The notes under the pieces were generated by a model. The model saw nothing but the letters and a program-made list of their open reading frames with translations, was not told the origin of the DNA and did no database searches. A stretch of 53,968 nt of DNA from Prorocentrum cordatum (Eukaryota), in assembly GCA_963575745.1 (NCBI GenBank), contig CAUYUJ010000277.1:62001-115968 (forward strand), given 5' to 3'. A program made the position numbers and the translations under genes. Shown in pieces: positions 40,678 through 53,968 of this stretch (positions are counted from its first letter, which is position 1; each line of letters starts with the position of its first letter).

Positions 40678-42106
40678 CCGCCGGGAGCCTCATAGAGCTC
40701 TTTCCTCGCACGGCACTGCTGGGCACACATCGGTGCAGCTTTCTTACGCGAGGGCTACTTCAATTTTTTTCAGTTTTCACCGAAAGTCGGTTGCTTCAAG
40801 TGTTTGGATAATAACTTTGCAGCTACGGACCTGAGAATTTCACTGGCAGACGCGGCATAACACACTACAGGTGCGAAAAATACCGGTTCTCGAAACGACT
40901 GATCAAATCTCTCACAATGTTCGCCTAACCGACCCAAAATTCCCACATTGTCCGCCCGGGCCGGGTGGGTCAACTAGCTGCACCCCGCGCCAGAATTCCT
41001 CTAGCTCATCGATGCCGGAAAGCTCTACGAGGTATGTTCAAAACTTCCAGAATGTTCGCCGAATCCACCCAAAGTTCACACATTGTCCGCCCGGGCCGGA
41101 TGGGTCAACTGGGCGCCGGCGGTAAACCGTCATCCTTTCTTACCGCCGGGAGACTCGTAGAGCTTCCTTGACACATATATTATGTCCAAAGAATTTGCAG
41201 AGAACGAATAGTTTATCAGCCCTACCGCTGATAGCAAACTGATCTCGGGCGTCTAGATACATTTGACTATTGACCCTTCCCATTGCTGTGCTGAACAGGT
41301 AGCTCATCTGCAGCACGAGTAGAACCAAGAAAAAAAAAACATTTCCAAGAAAGTAGCAGAGTACGAATCGCTGTTCAGCCCTAGCGCAAAAAGCAAACTG
41401 AGTGTGGGTGTCTAGATACTTTCAAATAGCGCGCATAATGATTATCTCCCCATTGCAAGCTCATCGGCAGCTCGAGTTCAGCCCAGGAAACGAACCCCGT
41501 CACAAGAATAATAGCAGAGTATGACTAGTTGTTCGGCGTCTGCGCTCACAACAGACCCAAGCCAAGCGTCTAGATACTTTACACTAGCGCGCCTCAAGAT
41601 TTCCTTCTGAATTCTGTGCGGAAGAGCTCTCAAGCTCATCTGCAGCTCGAGTTCAGTGAAGAAATTCACCATCATTTCGAAAAAAAACGGTCGAATACAA
41701 TAGTTTTGCGGACCTAGCTCGAGTAGCAGACTGAGTTCAGAGCTCTGGATGCATCAGCCGAACGCGCCTGATATCGATTATATGTGCGTTCCAGCTCTGT
41801 AGCTATGCTACAGCTCGAGATTAATAAAGAACACCGACAGCACCTGTCAAGATGACTCGAAGAATACAAATAGTTTCGCGGACCTAGCTCGAGTAGCAGA
41901 CCGCGTTCAGACCTCTGGATGCAACAAACAAACACGCCTGATAATTTGGAATCCGTTTCTGGAAGCATCAGCTCTGTAGCTCTCTAAATCTCAAGTTAAG
42001 CACAGAGAAACGTCAACGCGTGTCAAGATGACTCGAAACGGCCGATCCCGCCAGGACGCTTTTTGGGAGTAATATGTACCCGATATGTATCGAATATGGT
42101 CAAAAA

Positions 42107-42189
<83 letters not shown>

Positions 42190-45100
42190 GATTTGTTGAA
42201 TTTCGAGAACATAATTTTTCAACCGAGCAAGTTACCAAAAGGTCCGTCGATATTGTTATTGCCAACTAGCTCTCCAGCGCCCCGGAATTACTCTTAAGCT
42301 TCCAGCAACTAGCAGGGAAGCTCTACGAGTTACTGGGCGCCAGCCGTAAACCGTCAACCTTCCTTGCCGCCGGGGGACTCGAGAGGTTCCCGACAATATA
42401 TAATGTCGAAAAAAAATGTAGATAACGAATAGTTTTTCTGCCAAAGCGATTTCAGACCTCTCAATGCAACAGCAGAACGCCCCTGATGCTTCTGAATTAC
42501 CTTCTGTACGAGCTCTGTAGCTCTCCTAGAGCCTGAGTTACGTGCGAAAATCGTCAGCAGCTCTCAAGATGACTCGAAAAATACGAATAGTTTGGCGAAC
42601 CTAGCTCGAGCATCAGACCAAGTTCAGAGCTGTGGGTTCGACAGGCGGACGCGCCTGATGTCTCCGAACCGATTCCTGTCATTACCAGCCCTGCAGCCCC
42701 CCTACAGCCAGAGTCAAGTGCAGAAAACCGACAGCATCTCTCAGGATGACTCGAACAATACGAACAGCCTCGCTGAACTAGTTCGGGCAGCAGACCGAGT
42801 TTCGAGCCCTGAATTCGACAGGCGGGCACGCCTGATGTCCCCAAATCGATTACTGTGACTACCAGCACTGTAGCCCCCTACAGCCCGAGTTAAGTACAGA
42901 AAACCGACAGCACCTCTGAATATGACTCGAAGAATACGAATAGTTTCGCGATTCTAGATCGGGCAGCAGACCGAGTTTAGAGCTCTGGATTCAACAGACG
43001 AACGTGACTGATGATTCTGAATCGGTTTCTGTTAGCATCAGCTCTGTAGCTGTCATATAGCTCGAGTTAAGTACAGAAAACCGAGAGCATCTGTCAAGAT
43101 GACTCGAATAATACGAATAGCTTTCCGGAGCTAGCTCGGCTAGCAGACCGAGTTCAGCCTAATGAAACAGGCGAACACGCCTTCATTCTGAATCGATAAG
43201 GTGTGCTTACCAGCTCTGTAGCTGTCCTGTATCGAGTTAGGTCCAATATACCGAGAGCGCGTAGCAAGATGACTCGAAACGGCCGCCCGCCTGCCTGCTT
43301 TTTGGCAACAAAAGGTACCCGATCGAGCTGAGATCAACATGGCGAGCGGGAATCAGATCGAATATCACGGGAAAACAAACGAGAGCTCAAAATTTTCAAC
43401 TGAGTCACCAAAAGGTCCGTCGTTTTTCTTACCAACAAGCTCTCCAGCGCCCCGAAATTACTCTTAAGCTTCCAACAATAACTTGCTGAGGGAAGCTCTA
43501 CGAGTTACTGGGCGCCGGCGGTGAACCGTCAACCTTTCTTACCACTGGGAGACTCGTAGAGCTTCCTTGATGCCCAAAAAAAAAAGGAGTGAACGAATAG
43601 TTTTCCAGCCCGAGCGCTGATAGCAGGCTGATCTCAGGTCTAGATGAATTTGAATATTGTCCCTGATAATTTATTTGCCATTGCTGTGCTAAACAGTCTG
43701 CAGTTACTGGCGCCGGCGATAAACTGTCAACCTGATCACCGCCAGGACCTCGTAGAGCTCCTTGGACGCCTAAGAGTGCTCAAAATCAAAAGAGAGGGCT
43801 TCTGGAAGCATTTCTCGAACAACAGAAAACATGATTTCTCTCATGTCAACCGAAGTTTGTTCCGCCAAGTCTTTTCACAGTAAAAGTGTACCTAGAGAGC
43901 ACAGCGCTCCTCGTTACACATCAAGGGAGCGTCTGGAGCAAAATCGGACACTGGGCGCCGGCGGTAAACCGTCAACCTTTCTTACCGCCGGGGGACTCGT
44001 AGAGCTTCCTGACAATATATTATGTCGAAAATAAATTGCGGGGAACGAATAGTTCTTCAGCAGCCCAAGTGATTTCAGACCTCTCGATGCAACAGCCGAA
44101 CGCCCCCGCTGCTTCTGGATTCTCTCTGTACGAGCTCTCAGGCTCTCCTACAGCCCGAGTTACGTGCGTAAATCGACAGCACCTCTCAAGATGACTCGAA
44201 CAAAACGAATAGTTTGGCAACCCAGCTCGAGTACCAAGTTCAGACCTCTGAATGCGACAGGCGGACGTCTGATGTCTCCGAATCGATTTCTGATTACCAG
44301 CCCTGCAGCCCCCCTACAGCCCGAGTTAAGTGCAGGAAACCGAGAGCACCTCTCAGGATGACTTCAACAATACGAATAGTGTCGTAGACCTAGTTCGGGC
44401 AGTAAACCGAGTTCCGAGCTCTAAATTCAACAAGCGGACGCGCATGGTGTCTTCAAGTCGATTCCTGTGACCACCAGCACTGTAGCTCCCCTACAGCCCA
44501 AGTTAAGTGTAGAAAAACGACAGCACCTCTGAAGATGACTCGAACATACGAATAGTTTCGCGATTCTAGCTCGGACAGCAGGCCGAGTTCGGAGCTCTGG
44601 ATTCAACAGACAAAGGCGACTGATGATTCTAAATCGATTTCTGTGAGTATCAGCTCTGTACTTGTTCTTTAGCTCGAGTTAATTAAGTACAGAAAACCGA
44701 GAGCGCCTGTCAAGATAACTGGAAAAATACGAACAGGTTTCCAAACCTAGCTCGGCTAGCAGACCGACTTCAGACCTCTGGATGCAACAGACGCACGCGC
44801 GTGATCATTCTGAACCGATGAGGTGTGCTTACCAGCTCTGTAGCTGTCCTCTATCTCGAGTTAAGTCCAATATACCGACAGCGCGTATCAAGATGACTCG
44901 AAACGGCCGATCCCGCCGCAGTGCTTTTTGGCAGTAAAAGGTACCCGATCGAGCTGAGATCAAGAGGGCGAGCGGGAATAAGATCGAATATCACGGGAAA
45001 AAATACTAGAGCTCTAACGAATGGTTGAATTTCGAGAACAAAATTTTCAACCGACCAAAAGTCAGCAAAAGGTCCGTCGAGATTTTTCTTGCCAACTAGC

Positions 45101-45454
45101 TCTCCAGCGCCCCGGAACTGGCGCCGGCGGTGAACCGTCAACCTGGTCACCGCCGGGAACCTCGTAGAGCTCCTTCCACGCGTAAGAGTGCTCAGGGCCG
45201 AAAGAGAGAGCTTCTGGAGGCATTTCTCGAAAAATTGAACATCGAGTTTTTTCATGTCGAGATGAAGTTGGTTCCTCCAAGTGTTTTGATAGTAAATGTG
45301 CGCCTACAGAGCTCATATCAAGACACAGAGACCCTCATACTCGTTTACAGGTGCGAAAAATCTGCTTTCTCTAACTAAATGGTCAAATATCTTTCAAATC
45401 TTAGCAAAACCGACCAAAAGTTGTCACATTGTCCTTTCTGGTCGGGTCGGCCAA

Positions 45455-46531
45455 CTGGGTGCCGGCGGTAAACCGTCAACCTTTCTTACCGCCGGGGGAC
45501 TCGTAGAGCTTCCTGACAATATATAATTTCGGAAAAATTCAGAGAACGTATAGTTTTTCAGCCCAAGCGATTTCAGACCTCTCGATGCGCCCCCGATGCT
45601 TCCGGATTGTCTTCTGCACGAGCTCTGTAGCTCTCCTACAGCCCGAGCTACGCGCGTAAATCGACAGCAACCCTGAAGATGACTCGAACAATACGAACAG
45701 CTTGGCAAACCTAGCTCGAGTACAGACCAAGTTCAGGCCTCTGAATGCGACAGGCGGACGCGTCTGATGTCTCCGAATCGATTCCTGTGATTACCAGCCC
45801 TGCAGCCCCCCTACAGCCCTAGTTAAGTGCAGGAAACCGACAGAATCTCAGGATGACTCGAACAATACGAATAGTTTCGCGGATCTAGCTCGGGCAGCAG
45901 ACCGAGATCCGAGCTCTGGATTCGACAGGCGGACGCACCTCATGTCTCCGAATCGATTCCTGTGACTACCAGCACTGTAGGCCCCCTACAGCCCGAGTTA
46001 AGTACAGAAAACCGACAGCACCTCTCAAGATGACTCGAACAATACGAATAGTTTCGCGATTCTAGAGCGGGCAGCGGACCGAGTTCAGAGCTCTGGATCA
46101 AACAGACAAACGCGACTGATGACTCTGAATCGGTTTATGTGAGCATCAGCTCTGGCGCTGCCATATAGCTCGAGTTAAGTACAGAAAACCGAGTACCAGC
46201 TCTATAGCTGTCCTGTATCTCGAGTTAAGTCCAATATACCGACAGCGCGTATCAAGATGACTCGAAACGGCCGATCCCGCCTGGACGCTTTTTGGCAGTG
46301 AAAGGTACCCGATCGAGCTGAGATCAAGATGGCGAGCGGTAGTAAGACCGAATATCATGGGAAAAAATACTAGAGCTCTAACGAATGGTTGAATTTCGAG
46401 AACAAAATTTTCAACCGACCAAAAGTCATCAAAATGTCCGTCGAGACTTTTCTTGCCAACTAGCTCTCCAGCGCCCCGGAATTACTCTTAAGCTTCCAGC
46501 AATAACTTGCTAAGGGAAGCTCTACGAGTTA
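45455..46531 (-). mobile_element. Full-length family B element inserted in a family A copy
   Basis: Flanks gtcggccaa | ctagctccacc rejoin to the family A consensus; both inverted repeats are present. Confidence 0.75.
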
Positions 46532-48859
46532 CTAGCTCCACCCCGCGCCGGAATTCCTCTAGGTCATCGATGCAGAAGAGCTCTACTGGGCGCCGGCGGT
46601 ACACCGTGAACCTTTCTCACCGCCGGGGGACTCGTAGAGCTTCCTGACAATATGTAATATCGAAATAAAATTGCAGAGAACGAGTAGTTTTCAGCCCAAG
46701 CGATTTCAGACCTCTCGATGCAACAGCCGAACGCCCCCGATGCTTCTGGATTGTCTTCTGTACGAGCTCTGTAGCTCTCCTACAGCCGGGGTTACGCGCG
46801 TAAATCGACAGCACCTCTGAAGATGACTCGAACAATACGAACAGTTTGGCAAACCTAGCTCAAGTATCGAACCGAGTTCAGGCCTCTGAATGCGACAGGC
46901 GAACGTGTCTGATGTCTCCGAATCGATTCCTGTGATTACCAGCCCTGCAGCCTCCCTACAGCCCGAGTTAAGTGCAGAAGAGCGACAGCATCTGAAGATG
47001 ATTCGAACAATACTTCGCAGACCTAGTTCGGGCAGCAGACCGATTTTCGAGCTCTGGATTCAACAGGCCGACGCGCCTGATGTCTCCAAATCGATTTATG
47101 TGACTACCAGCACTGTGGCCCCTCTACAACCCGAGTTAAGTACAGAAAACGGACAGCACCTCTGAAGATGACTCGAATAATACGAATAGTTTTGCGATTC
47201 TAGAGCGGGCAGCAGACCGAGTTCAGAGCTCTGGATTCAACAGACAAACGCGACTGATGACTCTGAATCGATTTCTGTAAGTATCGGCTGCAGTTTCCAT
47301 GTAGCTCGAGTTAAGTACAGAAACCGAGAGCGCCTGTCAAGATGACTCGAATAACACGAATAGGTTTGCGCATCTAGCTCGGCTAGCAGACCGAGTTCAG
47401 ACCTCTGGATGCAACAGACGAACGCGCCTCATCATTCGGAATCGATAAGCTCTGCTTACCAGCTCTGTAGCTGTTCTGTATCCCGAGTTAAGTCCAATAT
47501 ACCGATAGCGCGTATCAAGATGACTCGAAATGGCCGATCCCGCCTGGACGCTTTTTGGGAGTGAGAGGTACCCGATCGAGCTGAGATCAAGATAGCGAGC
47601 GGGAATAAAATCGAATATCATGGGAAAAAATACTAGCGCTCTAACCAATGGTTGAATTTCGAGAACAACATTTTCAACGACCAATAGTCACCAAAAGGTC
47701 CGTCGAGATTTTTCTGCCCAACTAGCTCTCCAGCGCCCCGGACTGGGCGCCGGCGGTAAACCGTCAACCTTTCTTACCGCCGGGGGACTCGTAGAGCTTC
47801 CTGACAATATATAATGTGGAACAAAAAAAAAACAGAGAACGAATAGTTCTCAGCCCAAGCGATTTCAGACCTCTCGATGCAACAGCCGAACGCCCCCGAT
47901 GCTTCCGGATTGTCTTCTTCACGAACTCTGTAGCTCTCCTAACGCCCGAGTTACGTGCGTAAATCGACAACACCTCTGAAGATGACTCTCAGAAAACGAA
48001 TACTTTGGCAACCCAGCTCGAGTATCAAACCAAGTTCACACCTCTGAATGCGACAGGCGGACGCGTCTGATGTCTGCGAATCGACTCCTGTGATTGCCAG
48101 CCCTGCAGCCACCCTACAGCCCGAGTTGCGTGCATAAATCGACAGCACCTCTGATGTGACTCGAACAATACAATAGTTTCGCGGACTAGTTCGGCCAGCG
48201 AGTTCCGAGCTTTGGATTCGACAGGCGGACGCGTCTGATGTCTTGAAACCGATTCGCGTGACCACCAGCACTGTAGCCCCCCCCCCCCTCCAGCCCGAGT
48301 TGAGTGCAGAATGGGAACCGGCGGTAAACCGTCAACCTGGTCACCGCCGGGAACCTCGTAGAGCTCCTAGACTGCGTAAGAGTGCTCAGCATCAAAAGAG
48401 GGCTTCTGGAAGCATTTCTCGAAAAAGAGAAAACATGATTTTTTTCACGTCGACATAAAGTTGGTTGCGCCAAGTGTTTCGATAGTAAAAGTGCATCTAG
48501 AGAGCTCATATTAAGACAGAGAGGCCCTCATGGTCGTTCACAGGTGCGAAGAATCTGCTTATTTAAATAAATGGTCAAATACTGGGCGCCGGCGGTAAAC
48601 CGTCAACCTGGTTACCGCCGGGGACCTCGTAGAGCTCCTAGCCCCGTGTCATAAGTCCACGCGTATCTCTGGAGTGCGCACGGTGAAAATATTTCCCATA
48701 ATAAAAAGGACACACACATGTATGAGTTTTAGCGCGTCTTTCAGCGCGCGAGAGCGATGCTGCCGCGGCAGCGAACATGCATGTAGACATGTACAGATGG
48801 ACAAGTATGCGAAAAAACGATCGACGTCAGCAGGCGCGGCAGCGCACCGGGCACGAGCG

Positions 48860-49467
48860 CGCGCACGCACATGCGCGCGCACGCGAATACATACACAATC
48901 TCACGCGCGCACGCACTCACAACCACGCGCGCTCACTCGCGCGCGGGCACCCCCTCACGCACACACACACACACACGCACACACACACACACACACGCAC
49001 AAGCACACACACACACACGCACCAAAAAACACACACACACACGCGCGCGCATACAGACACGAACACAGACACAGACACAGACACACCCGCACGCACACGC
49101 ACACACACACACACACAGACGCGGCCACACACACGCACACACACACACACACCTGCCTGCCAGACAAACACACACAAACGCAAACATCTACAGATACAGA
49201 CGGACCGACGCCTTCGCACTCACAAACCGATCCCCCGCTGCTCAGCGCTCTCGTTCCCCCGCGAAATCCTCGCGCCCCCGCGCACCCCGCCCCCCCCCCC
49301 CTTCCCGCCGGCGCTCCGGAGGGGGGAGGCACCGCCCCATGTCGGGGCCGGCCCTCCCTCCACTCCAACCACTCCGCCCTCGCGGAGCGCTGAGGGGGGG
49401 GGGTGGAGAGGGGGGGGGGGGGCGCGGGCGGCGCCTGCACCGCGCGCGCACACGCACACAAACGCAG

Positions 49468-49498
<31 letters not shown>

Positions 49499-49651
49499 CA
49501 CACACACACACACACACGCACGCACACACACACACAAACAAACAAACAAACGCAGGCACAGCCACACACACACACACACAGACGCACACGCGCGCCCACA
49601 CACACCACCTGCCAGACACGCACACGCACACGCACACACGCACACACACAC

Positions 49652-49696
<45 letters not shown>

Positions 49697-51125
49697 ATCC
49701 ACAGACACGGACACACTGACGACGTCGCACTTACACACCCATCCCCACACTGGTCAGCGCTCTCCGCCCCCGCAACCCCCCTGCCGCCCCTGCGCGCCCC
49801 GCCCCCCCTGCTCTTCCCGCCGGCGCTCCGGAGGGGGGAGGCGCCGCCCCATGTCGGGGCCGGCCCTCCCTCCACTCCACCCACTCCGCCCTCGCGGAGC
49901 GCCGGGGGAAAGGGCGGAGGGGGGGGAGAGGAGGCGGGCGCAGGCGGCGCCAGCACCGCGCGCGCACGCACACACACACACACGCACACCCACGCACACA
50001 CAAGCACACACACACACGCACACACACACACACACACATACACACACACACACACGCGCACACGCACCCGATCACACACAAACACACACGCACACACGCA
50101 AGCAAGCACATGCGCATACACGCACACGTAAACACGCACACACACATATGCACATACACGCAAACATAAACACACCCGCACACACACACACACAGACGCG
50201 CACAAACACACGAACCCACATACACACACGCACAAACACACGCACACACACATATACGCACACACATGCACACAGACGCACACATACACACGCACACCCA
50301 CGCACGCACACACACACACACACACACGCACACACACACACGCACACGCACCCGAACACACACACACACACACACGCAAGCACATGCGCATACACGCACA
50401 CGTAAACAAGCACAGACACACATGCACATACATGCAAACATAAACACACACGCACACACACAGACGCGCACAAGCACACACACACATACACACACACGCA
50501 CAGACACACGCTCTCACACACACACACAAACACACATACACACACGCACACACATGCACTCACACGCACACATGCACACGCAGACACACACACACGCGCG
50601 CACACACACAAAACACACATACACACATACACACGCACACACACATGCACATCAACGCACACAAAGACAAGCACACACACACACATACGCACGCGCACAC
50701 ACACACACACGCACGCACACAAACGCACACACACACACACATACACGCACGCACACACACACACATACACACACGGACAAAGACAGACACAGACACACAC
50801 ACGAGCACACAAACACCAGACGCACAACACACACAGACACACACAGACACACACACACACACAACACACGGACACGGACACACTGATGACGTCGCACCTA
50901 CGAACCGATCCCCACGCTGGTCAGCGCTCTCCGCCCCCGCGCCCCTCTGCCGACTCTGCGCGCCCCGCCCCACCGCCCTCCCTGCCGGCGCTCCGGAGGG
51001 GGGAGGCACCGCCCCATTTCGGGGCCGGCCCTCCCTCCACTCCAACCACTCCGCCCTCGCGGAGCGCCAAGGAGAAGGGCGGAAGGGGAGGGGGGGGGGG
51101 GGCGCGGGCGGCGCCAGCGCCGCGA

Positions 51126-51167
<42 letters not shown>

Positions 51168-51241
51168 CCACAGACACACACACACACACACACACACACG
51201 CCCACACACACACACACGTACACACACGCACACACACACAG

Positions 51242-51280
<39 letters not shown>

Positions 51281-51760
51281 AACACGCACAGACACACGCA
51301 CACACACACACACACACATGCACATTACACGGGCAACGCCGCTGGATTCAGCTCATTCTTCCCCATCTCCGCGCTGACTACTGCCATGCGCCACTGGATC
51401 GGCGCCGCGGCGTGGGGATCCAGCCCTTCCAACCAACGCACCCCCCCCAGCGAGCCAGCGCTCCAAAGGAGGGAGGGGCCGCCGCACTACGGGGCCAGCC
51501 ATCCCTCCGCTCCAGTCCGTCGCAACTCGCATTACAGCCTTGCTTCGTTCAGCCCCCCCCTCCGCCCCCCCTCGCCCCCCCCCGCCCCCCTTGCCCCGCC
51601 CCCCCCCCCCCAAAAAAAAAAAACACCCACCCCACCCCCCAATCCAATCCCACCCCACACACACACACACACACACACCCACACACACGCACACCACCGC
51701 ACACGCACACACACAACACACACACATACACACATGCCACACACACACACACACACACCT
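48860..51760. repeat. Degenerate (CA)n microsatellite with three copies (plus one decayed) of a ~200-bp GC-rich module
   Basis: Module core CCGGCGCTCCGGAGGGGGGAGGC.CCGCCCCAT.TCGGGGCCGGCCCTCCCTCCACTCC at ~49308, ~49820 and ~50985; decayed copy at ~51456. Confidence 0.9.
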
Positions 51761-51895
51761 CCCCTTCATTCCCTCTTCGAAACCCAAAACCCCTGCCCAG
51801 CCCTGTCCTATCGGCCCGAATGCCAGGCGGACCCCGCCGACCGATCCAGCTCATTCCCCTGCATGTCCACAGCCAACCCCCGGCCCGATGTCCAC

Positions 51896-53968
51896 TGACA
51901 CACAGACACACAGACACACAGACACACAGACACACAGACACACAGACACACAGACACACAGTCACATACACACACAGACACACTAACACACTGACACACT
52001 GACACACAGAAACACAGACACACAGACACACTCACACACGGACACACAGACACACAGACACACACACAGATACACAGACACACAGACACACGGACACAAA
52101 GAAAGACAGAAAAAAACAGACACACAAGCACAGGGACACACAGACACACAGACACGCAGACGCACAGACACAGCGACCCACAGACACACAGACACACAGG
52201 CACACAGACACACGGACACTCAGACACACAGACACACAGACATACAGACACACAGACACAATTAAAGACAGAAAGACAGAAAACCACGCTCACAGACACA
52301 CAGACACACAGACACACATACACACAGACACACAGACGAACGGACACACAGACACACAAACACACAGACACACAGACACACACACACAGACGCATAGACA
52401 CACAAGCACGCAGACAAACAGACACACAGACATACAGACACACAAATACACAAACACACAGACACACAGACACTCAGGCACACTGACACACACAGCACCA
52501 GGCACACAGACACACAGACACTCAGACACACAGACACACAGGCACACAGACACACAGACACACAGGCACACGCAGACACGCAGAAACACCAACACAGAGA
52601 CACGCAGACACAAGGGCACACAGACACGCAGGCACAAAGCCACACAGACACACAGACAAACAGATACACAGACACACGGACACACTGACACACAGACACA
52701 CAGACGCAAAAAAAAACACTGACACACAGACACTCAGACACACAGACACACAGACACACAGACACACGGACACCCAGACACCCAGGCACACAGACACGCA
52801 GACACACAGACACACAGACACACAGACACACAGACACACACACACACAGCCACACAGCCACACAGACACACAGACACACAGAGAGACAGAAACACAGGCA
52901 CACAGGCACACAAACACACAGACACACAGACACACAGACACACAGACACACAGACACACAGACAAACAGACACACAGACAAACAGACAGACAGACAGACA
53001 GACCGACAGGGCTGCCAGCGCCACGCGCGCACACACAGACACTGACACACACACACGCGCACACACACACGCAAATACACGCGCACAGACAGACAGACAA
53101 GCACACACACACAGACGCACAGAAAGACAAACACACAGACAGATCCACAGACAGACAGACACACAGACATACTGACATACAGACACGCAGACACGCAGAC
53201 ACAAAGACACGCAGACACAAGGATACACAGACACACAGAAAACCAATCACGAGAACTCACAGACACCCAGACACGCTGACACTCAGACACACAGACACAC
53301 GGACACACAAACACACAGACATACAGACACACAGACACGGACACACGGACACACGGACACAAAAGACACACGGACATACAGACACACAGACACACTGACA
53401 CACAGACACACAGACACACAGACACGCAGACACACAGAGGCACAGACACACAGACACACGGACACACAGACAAACAGACACACAGACATACAGACACATA
53501 GACACACAGACACACAGACACACGGACACACGGACACACTGACACCAACACACTGACACACAGACACACCAACACCAACACACACAGACTGACAGACACA
53601 CAGACACACAGACAAACGGACACACGGACACGCAGACACACAGTCACACAGACACACGGACACGCACAAGGACACACAGACACACAAACACACAGACAAA
53701 TACACAACCAGACACACGGATACACAGACACACAGAAACACAGACACACGGACACACCGACACACTGACACACAGAAACACAGACACACAGACACACTGA
53801 CGCACGGACACACCGACACACAGGCAACCACACACACAGATACACAGACACACAGACACACGGACACAAATAACGACAGAAAGAAAGACACAGAGGCACA
53901 GGGACACACAGACACACAGACACACAGACACACAGACACATAGACACAGAGACCGGCAGACACACAGA
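51896..53968. repeat. (CACAGACA)n octanucleotide microsatellite, degenerate, running off the window
   Basis: Direct reading. Confidence 0.95.

Larger units (their letters stand above)
17135..48640 (-). mobile_element. Nested cluster of ~28 non-autonomous Helitron2/Helentron-like elements (at least families A and B), all co-oriented
   Basis: Fixed terminus A|CTGGGCGCCGGCGGTAAACCGTCAACC-n-ACCGCCGG (hairpin) plus subterminal repeat CTCGTAGAGCT recurs ~28 times; the other terminus carries the reverse complement (AGCTCTACGAG); empty-site reconstruction works at several copies. Confidence 0.75.

Noticed and set aside
17147..48509. Many short ORFs within the repeat cluster
   Set aside because: Frames are not conserved between repeat copies; no HUH, helicase or transposase motifs.
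48674..53965. Long His/Thr- and Val/Cys-rich ORFs
   Set aside because: Translations of (CA)n and (CACAGACA)n microsatellites that are open in most frames.

Overview
Eukaryotic, gene-free, transposon-saturated DNA, most consistent with a dinoflagellate (inference from repeat style and element families). Left to right: (1) 1-3.5 kb GC-rich and simple/minisatellite repeats. (2) ~3.7-17.1 kb, minus strand: a decayed giant Ty1/Copia-type retrotransposon (RING-H2, aspartic protease, DNMT-like domain, integrase, RT, RNase H), with a 1.48-kb internal tandem duplication and 15 copies of a GNNA-tetraloop hairpin embedded in its coding sequence. (3) ~17.1-48.6 kb: a nested pile of ~28 co-oriented non-autonomous rolling-circle (Helitron2/Helentron-like) elements of at least two families with co-varying asymmetric inverted repeats; one family carries a 177-bp tandem repeat. 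(4) Inserted in that pile, three divergent LINEs, one apparently intact. In the intact copy ORF1 and ORF2 are in frame across a single UGA-CGG stop and ORF2 has no usable AUG. Both copies that cover the RT active site have WADN, and all three end in a circularly permuted RNase H. (5) 48.6-54 kb (CA)-rich microsatellite with a repeated structured GC-rich module. No host gene, rRNA, tRNA or CRISPR array is supported. All domain calls are by-eye motif recognition; no searches were run.
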